IMG/VR virus record: IMGVR_UViG_3300007169_000056
DNA length: 64,000 nt
Strand: one strand, 5' to 3'
DNA from: a virus
Taxonomy: Duplodnaviria; Heunggongvirae; Uroviricota; Caudoviricetes
Part shown: positions 8,769 to 17,551 of the stretch, one piece after another
Position numbering within the stretch: position 1 is the first letter of the stretch
Layout of the letters: every line of letters starts with the position of its first letter
Notes under the pieces: generated by a model
The model's input: only the letters and a program-made list of their open reading frames with translations
What the model was told of the DNA's origin: nothing
Databases searched by the model: none
Position numbers and translations under genes: made by a program

Positions 8769-9071
8769 ATGAAAATTGACTACGATAACAAGCCGAGACG
8801 TTCTTCACCGAAAGGACGGTATTTCTTTTCTCAAAAGCAAATGAGAGAATATCGTTGGATTGAATCGCTTATGTTTGCACAAGCCAAACGAGAAAATCGT
8901 CCAATCCGATCTTATCATGGATTCGCATGTGGATGCGGTTGTGGACCTGTTCCCACCGAAGATTCGGAACATTGCTACACACTGACTGCACCAACGCCTC
9001 CGCAACCAAAAAAGCCTACAAAACGCAAACCTAAACAACAACATTTAATGTTTAGTGGAAATATCGTATGA
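8769..9071 (+). CDS. hypothetical Cys-rich protein
   Basis: ATG at 8769; ACGCGCG motif. Confidence 0.55.
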   Translation: MKIDYDNKPRRSSPKGRYFFSQKQMREYRWIESLMFAQAKRENRPIRSYHGFACGCGCGPVPTEDSEHCYTLTAPTPPQPKKPTKRKPKQQHLMFSGNIV

Positions 9072-9253
9072 AAATTAACTGTGGATGTACTACTGATTCG
9101 CTTTGTCCAGTTGCTAAAAAACTATGGAAATACAAAGCTTACAGAGGTCGTAAGGTATATTCAGATCATCGGCGGGCTGCTTTTGGTGAGACAGAGATGG
9201 ACGGAATGCATGGAATAAGTTACAGATCAAACAATTCAAAAAATGAAAATTAA
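9068..9253 (+). CDS. hypothetical protein
   Basis: ORF track; overlaps both neighbours. Confidence 0.5.
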   Translation: MKINCGCTTDSLCPVAKKLWKYKAYRGRKVYSDHRRAAFGETEMDGMHGISYRSNNSKNEN

Positions 9254-10331
9254 TCTAGAAACGTTGGATTTGACCCAATTCATGGCACATCAGCACATGG
9301 TTGCGGGTGAGGTTGTAACTTTGGTTCAGCCACAACACATTGGAACCAAGTGGACTCAGGATAACAAACATCTTCGATCCAGCGTGTGGAACAGTGAGGG
9401 TGAACTTATTAGTGCAGGCTTTCCTAAGTTTACCAACTGGGGCGAGAATCCCGAACACTTTCCTGTTCCGTCGTCACTGAAGAACTGCACCGTCGTGGAG
9501 AAGCTTGATGGTTCTCTATTGATTGTTAGCAAGTATAAGGGCCAATATATTCTACGAACCCGTGGAACTGTTGATGCTTCAACTCTGGCTAATGGTCATG
9601 AGTTGGAATTGTTCAAGGAAAAGTTCCTAAAGAGCTTGACTCACGATACACCTGATACTTGGAATGTATCGATTTTGTTTGAATGGGTTAGTCCTATCAA
9701 CAAGATTGTATTGAACTATGGTGATGAACCCGATTGGTATGTGGTGGGACTAGTTAATCACAACGATTATAGTTTGTATTCACAGTCCGAGTTGGATATC
9801 TGGGCTAAGAACAAGGGATTCAAGCGTCCTGTTACTTATACGTTTCCTAGCATTGACGATTTGATCAAGGATGTTGAAACTTGGAAGGGTAAGGAGGGTG
9901 TGGTTATCTATAGCCCAGTTGGTATCCACAAGCGAAAAGGTTTTTGGTATCTTACGCTTCATCATTTAAAGTCTGAGCTATCAAACATTGAAAAGGTTAT
10001 GGACGTATGGTTGGAACAGGGTATGCCTGACTATGGTACTTTCTACAACTATATCTTTAACACTTTTGATTATGAACTTGCCGAACAGTGCAAGGGTATG
10101 ATCAGCAAGATTGTTGATGCCAAAAAAGAGGTAGACAAGATTGTGTGGGGAATGAATTTGTTTATTAACACTAGACTACGTTCGTTGCCTACACGTAAAG
10201 AACAGGCACAAGTTGTTATTGCTTCGTATGGAGAAACGAACCGAGCGTCGTTTCTATTCAAGATGCTCGACAACAAACCTCTTGGAAAAGAAGAGTATAA
10301 AAAGCTGATGTTTCAGGTTTTGAAGAAGTAA
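9243..10331 (+). CDS. RNA ligase, T4 Rnl1-like
   Basis: FPKFTNWGE, motif I EKLDGSLL, FEWVSP..IV and KEGVV motifs. Confidence 0.85.
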   Translation: MKINLETLDLTQFMAHQHMVAGEVVTLVQPQHIGTKWTQDNKHLRSSVWNSEGELISAGFPKFTNWGENPEHFPVPSSLKNCTVVEKLDGSLLIVSKYKGQYILRTRGTVDASTLANGHELELFKEKFLKSLTHDTPDTWNVSILFEWVSPINKIVLNYGDEPDWYVVGLVNHNDYSLYSQSELDIWAKNKGFKRPVTYTFPSIDDLIKDVETWKGKEGVVIYSPVGIHKRKGFWYLTLHHLKSELSNIEKVMDVWLEQGMPDYGTFYNYIFNTFDYELAEQCKGMISKIVDAKKEVDKIVWGMNLFINTRLRSLPTRKEQAQVVIASYGETNRASFLFKMLDNKPLGKEEYKKLMFQVLKK

Positions 10332-10339
10332 AAAACAAA

Positions 10340-10368
10340 AACCCCACCTTTTGGTGGGGTTTCTTTTT
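10340..10368. terminator. bidirectional intrinsic terminator
   Basis: AACCCCACC-TTTT-GGTGGGGTT with A run before and T run after, between convergent genes. Confidence 0.9.
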
Positions 10369-10738
10369 ATACACATACTGTAGATTGTTTTTCTGCCAGA
10401 TATTGACGTTGAGCCTCAATTTTAGCTTCTTTCAATTCCAACAACATTTGTGTTGCAAGTGTTTTCAAACCGTAAAGATAAAACGTTTGATAATGTTGTT
10501 TCAAGTCATAGTGTTTGAACAACTTTGAATAACGTTCATTGTTATTCAATGCCTCATTGATTTTATTGGATGCTGTGATATAATTCAACGTAGCATCATT
10601 CAACAGTGGAGCAGCAACACGGGTATAGTGTTTTCGCATCCATTTATAGTCACGGATCCTTTGACTGAGCTGTTTATAGTCGGACTTCCACTGAGTGCGG
10701 TAAGCTAGGTATTCTTGTTTGTTAGTGAATTTGTTCAT
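10367..10738 (-). CDS. basic helical hypothetical protein (123 aa), co-transcribed with pth2
   Basis: ORF track; FTNKQEYLAYRTQWKSDYKQLS; starts 4 nt after the pth2 stop. Confidence 0.75.
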   Translation of the reverse strand: MNKFTNKQEYLAYRTQWKSDYKQLSQRIRDYKWMRKHYTRVAAPLLNDATLNYITASNKINEALNNNERYSKLFKHYDLKQHYQTFYLYGLKTLATQMLLELKEAKIEAQRQYLAEKQSTVCV

Positions 10739-10742
10739 ATGT

Positions 10743-11150
10743 TTACATTAGTTTAAACCGCCGGGTTATGTGTTGTATTTGAGATTTGGTGGCGGGACCA
10801 ATTCCCAAAGCCGTAATGGTAGGTTCTCCGTTGTAGAAATTGCTACAACCGCTGTCAACCACACGATAAAAAGAAAGACCAGCTTCTTGTGCCAAATGTT
10901 CAGCACGCAGAAGCTGGTCTAAATTAGATACTTGCAGACAGACCTTGGTTCCAGGCGAAGCTGGAAAATCACTATGGTAAGCTGCTATTGAAGTAGAATC
11001 CTTGCATTGAAGAAACGCACCAAGGTATGCGTGTCCGGCTTGAGAAGCAATTTTGCCGGTAGACATGCCCAAGTCTGTTCTGACAAGAGCATACAAACGA
11101 TAGGTTTCGTCAACCTACGTTTCTGGTTTGATCTAAGAAATATCCATCAT
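10743..11150 (-). CDS. pth2: peptidyl-tRNA hydrolase, Pth2 family; ATG at 11150 is followed by two in-frame TAG codons (alternative start TTG at 11096)
   Basis: YALVRTDL.MSTGKIASQAGHA, VVDSG and TALGIGP Pth2 motifs. Confidence 0.85.
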
Positions 11151-11157
11151 ATGTTGT

Positions 11158-11186
11158 ATCATGTCATACATATGTGCCTTCGTCAA
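11158..11186 (-). promoter_or_regulatory. sigma70-type promoter of the pth2 operon
   Basis: TTGACG-N17-CATGAT with TGn extension; ATG 7 nt after, same geometry as the other promoters. Confidence 0.6.
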
Positions 11187-11221
11187 GGAAAATCCTCGTT
11201 TTTTCATTCTAAAAATCACTA

Positions 11222-11250
11222 TTGACTTTCGTTCACGGACAGTATATGGT
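11222..11250 (+). promoter_or_regulatory. sigma70-type promoter, divergent from pth2
   Basis: TTGACT-N17-TATGGT; ATG at 11259. Confidence 0.5.
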
Positions 11251-11258
11251 TGTATATC

Positions 11259-11444
11259 ATGGACTTATCTAAAATTTACGCTGTCGTTTATGAAAATGAA
11301 TACAACAAACTGCCAAAGTGGAAACAATATGCTATAAAAGAAGATATTGCCAAGAAAAAGCAATCGGGAATCTGTGAAGACTTTATCAAAGTCGTAATTC
11401 AAAAAGCAGAAAAAGACTATGAACAACGTTCAACAAAGGCTTGA
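11259..11444 (+). CDS. hypothetical protein
   Basis: ATG at 11259 within ORF 11250..11444. Confidence 0.55.
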   Translation: MDLSKIYAVVYENEYNKLPKWKQYAIKEDIAKKKQSGICEDFIKVVIQKAEKDYEQRSTKA

Positions 11445-11468
11445 CTTTCTCTAATCTCCTGATAAGAT
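11441..11468 (+). promoter_or_regulatory. sigma70-type promoter of rIIA
   Basis: TTGACT-N16-TAAGAT with TGn extension. Confidence 0.7.
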
Positions 11469-11492
11469 GGTTGGGTAATCGAAATCTACTCT

Positions 11493-13787
11493 ATGAAAAC
11501 TCTCGAAAATAATCGTATTCTCACCGAATCCACTCCGTTTACTAGCTACCAATTTGGTATTCGTAGTGAAGATCTGTCCCATATTTTCAGTGTACTTCGT
11601 AATCAGATGTACTCTGACAAGATTCTAGCAGTGATTCGTGAATACAGTACCAACGCATATGACGCTCACGTTGTTGCTGGTATCAAGAACACTCCTATTC
11701 GAATCAGCCTTCCCAATACGTTGTTTCCCGAGTTCAAGGTTCGTGACTACGGACACGGTTTGAGCGAAGAGGATGTAAAGAATGTTTATGCTTGGTACGG
11801 CTGTAGCACCAAGCGAAACGACAACGACACCGTTGGGCAGCTTGGATTTGGTTCCAAGAGCGCTTTTGCTTACGGGGATAACTTCGTAATCACCAGTTAC
11901 CACGGCGGCAAGAAAACCGTCTATAACGCCGTTATCGACCCATCCAAGAAGGGTAAGATCAGCAAGCTCCATGAAGAGGATATGGCTCCCACCGATAAAA
12001 CTGGTGTGGAAATCACTGTTCCTGTGAAGAGTTGTGATTTTAATCAGTTTGCAACCAAGGCCCGAGCATTTTATGTTCACTGGGACGTTCGTCCTAGCGT
12101 GGCTGGTTATGAAGACAAGTCTTTTTGTTATGATATCAAGTCTGTTCTTGAGTCTAATGATTGGAAGATTTTTGAAGACCATAACAACATGGCTAACACT
12201 AGGTTGCTTGCACTGATGGGTAATGTGACCTATCCTATTAGTTTTTCAATTATTAACGAAAACAGCTCCAAATCAAATGATCCTAATGTTCAGACCAACA
12301 ACAACCTGCTTTCTCAGTTTCTCGGAAGAAACTATAACAGTCTGTTGATCAAGTTTAATATTGGCGATCTGGAAATCAGTTCCAGTCGTGAAAGTCTTCA
12401 ATACAGCGAACATACGCTCAAGAATATTTATTCACGAATCAATAACGTTATTGATCATATCAAGAAAACTATTCTGGATACGTTTGAAAAAGAAAAGACT
12501 ATCTGGGATGCTAAAATCCGGTATAACGAATTTTTTGAAGTTTATGGTTCCAAGTTTTATGGCTTCGAAAACCGTATTGGAACTATTCGTAACCAAGGGG
12601 TTGATATTACTAACTCCATGTTTCGTGATGTAGAACGTTGGTGCAATATCAACGGATTGATTAGCGATGACACTTACAAAAATCTTATTAACAGCAAGAC
12701 CCCAGTTGCAAACGATCCTGTATTGACCATTTATACTCACAGCACTCGGTCTGGAGTTGGTTGGCGAGTTAAGCAGGCTCATTGGCACTCGTCGTCGGAC
12801 GTGGTGGCTCGAAAAAACACCATGTTGGTTATCAATGATATTGACAAGACCTCCCTCACCACCAAGTGTATGTCAAAGTTGATTGAGAAGTATAATCAGA
12901 CCGTATCTACGGTTTATATGTTGAAGTTTACTAGCAATGCTTTTTATACATCGTTTATCAATCACTATAATCTTGGAAATCTAAACATTCCTCGTCTTTC
13001 CGAGGTGTTTGAGGAAGTTAAGGCTGAAAACAAGAGGGTTCGTAAGCCCAAGTCTGAACTTACCCGTGTCAAGGTGGATAGTCTAAGTACCAGAAATCGT
13101 AGATATAAGTTCGAAACCGAAGCAGAAATTGATTTGACCACCACAAATGGTTGTTATGTTCCTTTGTTCGACGGTGAAATCAATCACAATGATAAAATTT
13201 ATACCCTGAGCAGTCTTACTGAAGCGTTGGAAGAATTGAACAAACATTTTTTTGTTTCGTTTCCTGTTAGCGGATCTCCTGTGTATGGATTCAACCGTCG
13301 TGTTATTGAATCCAAGTCTTTTCAGGCCAATAAAGCCAATTGGAGAAATTTGGTTGAGGAGGCTATTAACGTGGTTAATACGCTCAAAACCAATGAATAT
13401 TACGAGTATCTTGGATACAAGAACTTTCTGAGCCATTGTGAATATGGATTGGAAGCCAAGGCTGCTAAAGAACTGTACAATCTTCTTAATAACAAGAATA
13501 CGAAGATTGCAAAGTTTTTGAATACGGTTTCAAAATACCAAAACGGAAATTATTCGATTATTTCGAATATCAGTAGAAATTTGAATATGGAAGAACCCAT
13601 CCATAAATTTAATGATTTGTCTAAGAAATTTGATGATGATTATAAAGAAGCAATCAGTAATTATGAATTGTTTATCCACATTGGCTTTGTTCGTGGTTGG
13701 CGATACAATCACAATTATTTTATGTCGGAGATGACTGTTCTTGCCAATTACATCAATAGCATTGACAAGAACAACAAAGCAGTGTAA
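11493..13787 (+). CDS. rIIA: rIIA-like protein (N-terminal GHKL ATPase)
   Basis: YSDKILAVIREYSTNAYDA, VRDYGHGL, GQLGFGSKSAFAY, ISSSRESLQY; directly upstream of rIIB. Confidence 0.9.
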   Translation: MKTLENNRILTESTPFTSYQFGIRSEDLSHIFSVLRNQMYSDKILAVIREYSTNAYDAHVVAGIKNTPIRISLPNTLFPEFKVRDYGHGLSEEDVKNVYAWYGCSTKRNDNDTVGQLGFGSKSAFAYGDNFVITSYHGGKKTVYNAVIDPSKKGKISKLHEEDMAPTDKTGVEITVPVKSCDFNQFATKARAFYVHWDVRPSVAGYEDKSFCYDIKSVLESNDWKIFEDHNNMANTRLLALMGNVTYPISFSIINENSSKSNDPNVQTNNNLLSQFLGRNYNSLLIKFNIGDLEISSSRESLQYSEHTLKNIYSRINNVIDHIKKTILDTFEKEKTIWDAKIRYNEFFEVYGSKFYGFENRIGTIRNQGVDITNSMFRDVERWCNINGLISDDTYKNLINSKTPVANDPVLTIYTHSTRSGVGWRVKQAHWHSSSDVVARKNTMLVINDIDKTSLTTKCMSKLIEKYNQTVSTVYMLKFTSNAFYTSFINHYNLGNLNIPRLSEVFEEVKAENKRVRKPKSELTRVKVDSLSTRNRRYKFETEAEIDLTTTNGCYVPLFDGEINHNDKIYTLSSLTEALEELNKHFFVSFPVSGSPVYGFNRRVIESKSFQANKANWRNLVEEAINVVNTLKTNEYYEYLGYKNFLSHCEYGLEAKAAKELYNLLNNKNTKIAKFLNTVSKYQNGNYSIISNISRNLNMEEPIHKFNDLSKKFDDDYKEAISNYELFIHIGFVRGWRYNHNYFMSEMTVLANYINSIDKNNKAV

Positions 13788-13822
13788 TCTGATATACGTA
13801 CAAAATAACAACTAATATAAAT

Positions 13823-14833
13823 ATGAACTATAGCATCAGTCTGTCCAATGATTCATTGACCGCAGTTTTTACCGGGGGCACTCCGGGCGGCGTTCGAATT
13901 CACACAATCAATAGTAGCCACCCCTCTTGGCAGGAGGCTATCAATGTCATCACCAGTGGTGGTGACGGTGCAACCCTAGAAAAGTTGATGTCGGTCAAGG
14001 AAACCATTGTTCGGTTCTCACACGGTAAGATTACCGTGAGTGACAACGAGGTTCTTTATGACGGTAAGCCTATTCATGGGTTTGTTGTCAGTCGAATTCT
14101 TGAGTTTGCCAAGAATAATCTTCCGTACCAACCTCTTGTGAAGTTTTTGGAACGTGTTCGCTTGAACCCTTCGGCTCGTAGTGTCGAGGAACTTTACAGG
14201 TTTTTGGAACACCGAAAGATGCCTATCACTCCCAACGGTACTTTCTTGGCATACAAGAGTGTTCGAGCAGATTATACCGACCATCATACGGGTACTATTC
14301 GCAACAAGGTTGGTGATTCGCCCACTCGACTTGAGCGCAATCAAGTCGATGATGACGCCAATCGTGGTTGTAGTTATGGATACCACGTTGGAAGTCTTGA
14401 ATATGCTCAGTCGTTTGGTGGCGGAGAACGTCACTTGATGATTGTGGAAGTCGATCCAGCTGACGTTGTGAGCGTTCCTTACGATTGCAATTGTCAGAAG
14501 CTTCGTTGTACTTGGTACACGGTAATTGACGAGTTCAAGCATGTTCTCGACGACAACTATTCTACTCAGTATCACGATGATTCTGATTACGACGACGAAG
14601 ACGACGACGAGTCTTACGACGATGATGATAGTTTGACCGTGGATGATGCATATTCATATGGATACGATCAGGGATATGAGTCGGCACTACACTACGATGG
14701 TTATGACGACACCCTTCGGCTTCCGACCGAAAATTCGGATTTTGATATTATTGCCAACGTAAGTGACCTGACTTTGGCATACGAAAATGGTTACCATGAG
14801 GGTTACGACAAGGGTGTTATTGACCGAAGTTAA
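13823..14833 (+). CDS. rIIB: rIIB-like protein with acidic C-terminal tail
   Basis: NPSARSVEELYRFL, FLAYKSV, CSYGYHVG..Y and VEVDPADVVSVP motifs. Confidence 0.9.
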   Translation: MNYSISLSNDSLTAVFTGGTPGGVRIHTINSSHPSWQEAINVITSGGDGATLEKLMSVKETIVRFSHGKITVSDNEVLYDGKPIHGFVVSRILEFAKNNLPYQPLVKFLERVRLNPSARSVEELYRFLEHRKMPITPNGTFLAYKSVRADYTDHHTGTIRNKVGDSPTRLERNQVDDDANRGCSYGYHVGSLEYAQSFGGGERHLMIVEVDPADVVSVPYDCNCQKLRCTWYTVIDEFKHVLDDNYSTQYHDDSDYDDEDDDESYDDDDSLTVDDAYSYGYDQGYESALHYDGYDDTLRLPTENSDFDIIANVSDLTLAYENGYHEGYDKGVIDRS

Positions 14834-14847
14834 TCCATATTAGTGTT

Positions 14848-14879
14848 AAACCGGAACAAGAAATTGTTCCGGTTTTTTT
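14848..14879 (+). terminator. intrinsic terminator
   Basis: AAACCGGAACAA-GAAA-TTGTTCCGGTTT followed by a T run. Confidence 0.9.
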
Positions 14880-14880
14880 G

Positions 14881-14909
14881 TTGACTAATCGGATAATCTA
14901 TGATATAAA
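14881..14909 (+). promoter_or_regulatory. sigma70-type promoter, leaderless
   Basis: TTGACT-N17-TATAAA with TGn extension; ATG at 14916, 6 nt after. Confidence 0.7.
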
Positions 14910-14915
14910 AACAAC

Positions 14916-15929
14916 ATGAAAGTAGCAACTATTGAAAAAATTTTGGATGTTAGACCTCATCCCAATGCGGATTCGCTTGAACTTGCAACCATCAAGGGGT
15001 GGCAAGTATGCATCAAAAAGGGTGAATTTAAGGCAAATGATTTGTGCATTTATGTCTGTGTTGATAGCATTTTTGAAGACAAGCCCGCATATGAGTTTCT
15101 TCGTAACAAAGGGTTTCGTATTCAGACGGTCAAACTTCGTGGACAGTTGAGTCAGGGTATTGCGTTTCCTATGAGTCTGTTCAAGACTCTAGGACATGAT
15201 ACTGTTGTATTCAGTGAACCGGAAATTGTTGGAAGCGACGTGAGTTCATATGTTTACGCAAGTCACTACGAGAAACCTCTGCCCGCACAGTTGGCCGGTG
15301 ACGTGTATGGTTACATGCCTGGGTTTTTGAAAAAGACTGACGAAGATAATATCAAAAACAATCCGGAGATTTTGGACGAACTTCGTGGTCAACCATATTA
15401 CATTACTGTTAAAGTGGATGGTTCAAGCAGTACATACTTCATGAAGGATGAAGAGTTTGGTGTTTGCAGTCGAAAACTACATTTGAAACCCGATCCAAAA
15501 AACAGTTTTTGGAGAGTTGCTGAGAAGTATGGTCTGCAAGGCAAGTTGAAAGCATCAGGACGTAACTTGGCCATTCAGGGCGAAGTTTATGGCCCCGGAA
15601 TTCAAAACAATCTCCTAGGAGTTTCTGAAGTTCAATTCAAGGCATTCAATTTGTTTGATATTGACGCAGGCAAGTATCTTGGATGGAAGGAATTGCAGGA
15701 ATTTTGTTTCTACAATCACATTCCCGTTGTTGATATTATCGACATTGGTGAAAATTTCAACAAGACTTTGACCGAATTGCAAGATTTTGCTAACAACTTG
15801 AAATATGACAATGGAAACCTTGCTGAAGGTATTGTTATTCGTCCTACTGTAGAGATGGATAGTACGATCCTCAAAGGAAGATTGTCAGGAAAGATTATCA
15901 GCGAACCATTTGAGTTGAAATATGGGTAA
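14916..15929 (+). CDS. RNA ligase, DRB0094/Rnl2-like family
   Basis: N-terminal HPNADSLELA OB-like domain, KLRGQLSQG, motif I KVDGSS, QGEVYGPGIQ, EGIVIR. Confidence 0.9.
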   Translation: MKVATIEKILDVRPHPNADSLELATIKGWQVCIKKGEFKANDLCIYVCVDSIFEDKPAYEFLRNKGFRIQTVKLRGQLSQGIAFPMSLFKTLGHDTVVFSEPEIVGSDVSSYVYASHYEKPLPAQLAGDVYGYMPGFLKKTDEDNIKNNPEILDELRGQPYYITVKVDGSSSTYFMKDEEFGVCSRKLHLKPDPKNSFWRVAEKYGLQGKLKASGRNLAIQGEVYGPGIQNNLLGVSEVQFKAFNLFDIDAGKYLGWKELQEFCFYNHIPVVDIIDIGENFNKTLTELQDFANNLKYDNGNLAEGIVIRPTVEMDSTILKGRLSGKIISEPFELKYG

Positions 15930-16113
15930 AAACTATCAATATACAATATACATTGCTAGTGTATCTTCCGTCCAACATTTGGAAGAGGTTATGAATGAAT
16001 ATGCCAAACGTGGATATCGTGTTATAAGCGTTTCACGTACAGACAATGTATTATATGATGGCAATATTCAAAAATATACACTGTACTTAGAAAGAAAACT
16101 GAAAGATGAATAA
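15922..16113 (+). CDS. small hypothetical protein
   Basis: ORF track; overlaps neighbours. Confidence 0.6.
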   Translation: MGKNYQYTIYIASVSSVQHLEEVMNEYAKRGYRVISVSRTDNVLYDGNIQKYTLYLERKLKDE

Positions 16114-16567
16114 CATTGTAATTACGGTGGGGGCACCTGGCAGCGGAAAATCAACTTGGGTTGAAAAATACAAGACCACTCACCCCTATATGACCTTCTT
16201 GAGTAGTGATGCACTTCGTGCGGTTTTTGGTAAAAACGAAAACGATCAAAGTGTTAGTGCTCAGGTATTTCGTCATATGGAGAACGAAGTGGATCGACTC
16301 CTTGCGGAAGGCAAAGATGTTTGTATCGATGCAACCAACATGCATCGTAAGGCACGTAAACCTTGGGTTGACTTTGCAAAGAAACATGGAGCAATGCTTA
16401 CTGCCTATGTGTTTATTGTGGATCGTGAAACGTTGATCGACCGAAATCAAAAGCGTGGGGCAGCGGGAGGCAGAAACGTTCCGGTTGATGTGATTGACCG
16501 GATGTTGTCCAACTACGTAACACCCTCTAAAGAGGAGGGGATTTTTCAGATTCATTTTGTCAAGTAA
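16106..16567 (+). CDS. polynucleotide kinase-like P-loop protein (AAA_33)
   Basis: GAPGSGKST, SSDALR, IDATN, RNQKR motifs; no phosphatase domain. Confidence 0.85.
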   Translation: MNNIVITVGAPGSGKSTWVEKYKTTHPYMTFLSSDALRAVFGKNENDQSVSAQVFRHMENEVDRLLAEGKDVCIDATNMHRKARKPWVDFAKKHGAMLTAYVFIVDRETLIDRNQKRGAAGGRNVPVDVIDRMLSNYVTPSKEEGIFQIHFVK

Positions 16568-16574
16568 ATCTATG

Positions 16575-16603
16575 TTGACGAATAACGGTTTTGTATGTAT
16601 AAT
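16575..16603 (+). promoter_or_regulatory. sigma70-type promoter, leaderless
   Basis: TTGACG-N17-TATAAT; ATG at 16611, 7 nt after. Confidence 0.85.
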
Positions 16604-16610
16604 ATGACGT

Positions 16611-17003
16611 ATGAAACCGTATTACATTTTTTTGGATGACATGAGAAATCCACATGACGTTGTTTGGGAGCAAATTCCTAACAAACCATGGACGATTGTT
16701 CGCAGCTATAATGACTTTGTACAATATATCGAAAACGTAGGTTATGCACCAGAGTTTATTTGTTACGACCATGATTTAGCGGATAGTCATTACAAGAGTT
16801 TACCACATTTGAACAAATCATATGGCAAAATAGACTACAATAGTTTCAAAGAAAAGACTGGTTATGAGTGCGCAAAATGGATGGTACGATACTGTATCGA
16901 ACGTGGTATTAAACACCCACCTTATGTCGTTCACAGTATGAATCCAGTTGGTAAACTAAACATTATCAGTTGGATTGAGAGCTACAATAAAAGCATAGGA
17001 TAA
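16611..17003 (+). CDS. cyclic-phosphate-processing receiver-like domain protein
   Basis: IFLDDMR, IVRSYNDF, YDHDL, KTGYECAKW, HSMNPVG motifs. Confidence 0.7.
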   Translation: MKPYYIFLDDMRNPHDVVWEQIPNKPWTIVRSYNDFVQYIENVGYAPEFICYDHDLADSHYKSLPHLNKSYGKIDYNSFKEKTGYECAKWMVRYCIERGIKHPPYVVHSMNPVGKLNIISWIESYNKSIG

Positions 17004-17010
17004 CCTAAAA

Positions 17011-17550
17011 ATGAAAGCTATAGCCGCAATGTCTGAAAACAGAGCCATGGGAAAAAATGGAGGACTTCCATGGCCAAGTATTAAAGAGGATTTCAAGTGG
17101 TTCAAAGAATTTACCATGGGTAAAAACCTTGTGGTAGGAAATTCCACGTTTCAAACACTACCACAGTTGAAAGGACGCAACATCTATTTTATTAGCCGTC
17201 CCAAAGCAAAAACCCCAGAAGACGATCCTGTTGGAGACTATAGTTATCATGTAAATTCACATGGAACAATTGGTAGGCGTATTTGTTATTATCAAGAAGT
17301 AATACATGGTGGCACTATGGTAGATATAATAACCGGATATGAATCTCGATGGTCCATAGACGATCCAATTATCGCAGGAGGCGCCAAAACATATGAATTG
17401 TTTCTACCATATATCACTGAGTTTTATGTAACTCACGTCAAAGGCAGTTATGATGCTGACACCTATATGCCGGTGTTTGAACGTTTATTTACGAAGCGAG
17501 AAACACTAAAAGAATTTGACGGACATAGAGTTGTTAAGTATAGTAAGTAA
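17011..17550 (+). CDS. folA: dihydrofolate reductase
   Basis: IAAMSENRAMG..GGLPW, DFKWFKEFT, IAGGAKTY, ADTYMP. Confidence 0.9.
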   Translation: MKAIAAMSENRAMGKNGGLPWPSIKEDFKWFKEFTMGKNLVVGNSTFQTLPQLKGRNIYFISRPKAKTPEDDPVGDYSYHVNSHGTIGRRICYYQEVIHGGTMVDIITGYESRWSIDDPIIAGGAKTYELFLPYITEFYVTHVKGSYDADTYMPVFERLFTKRETLKEFDGHRVVKYSK

Positions 17551-17551
17551 T

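Noticed and set aside
11625-14575. Long antisense ORFs opposite rIIA/rIIB (e.g. 11625-12182, 14018-14575) and similar ORFs elsewhere
   Set aside because: They are shadows of codon-biased real genes, with no recognisable motifs or promoters.
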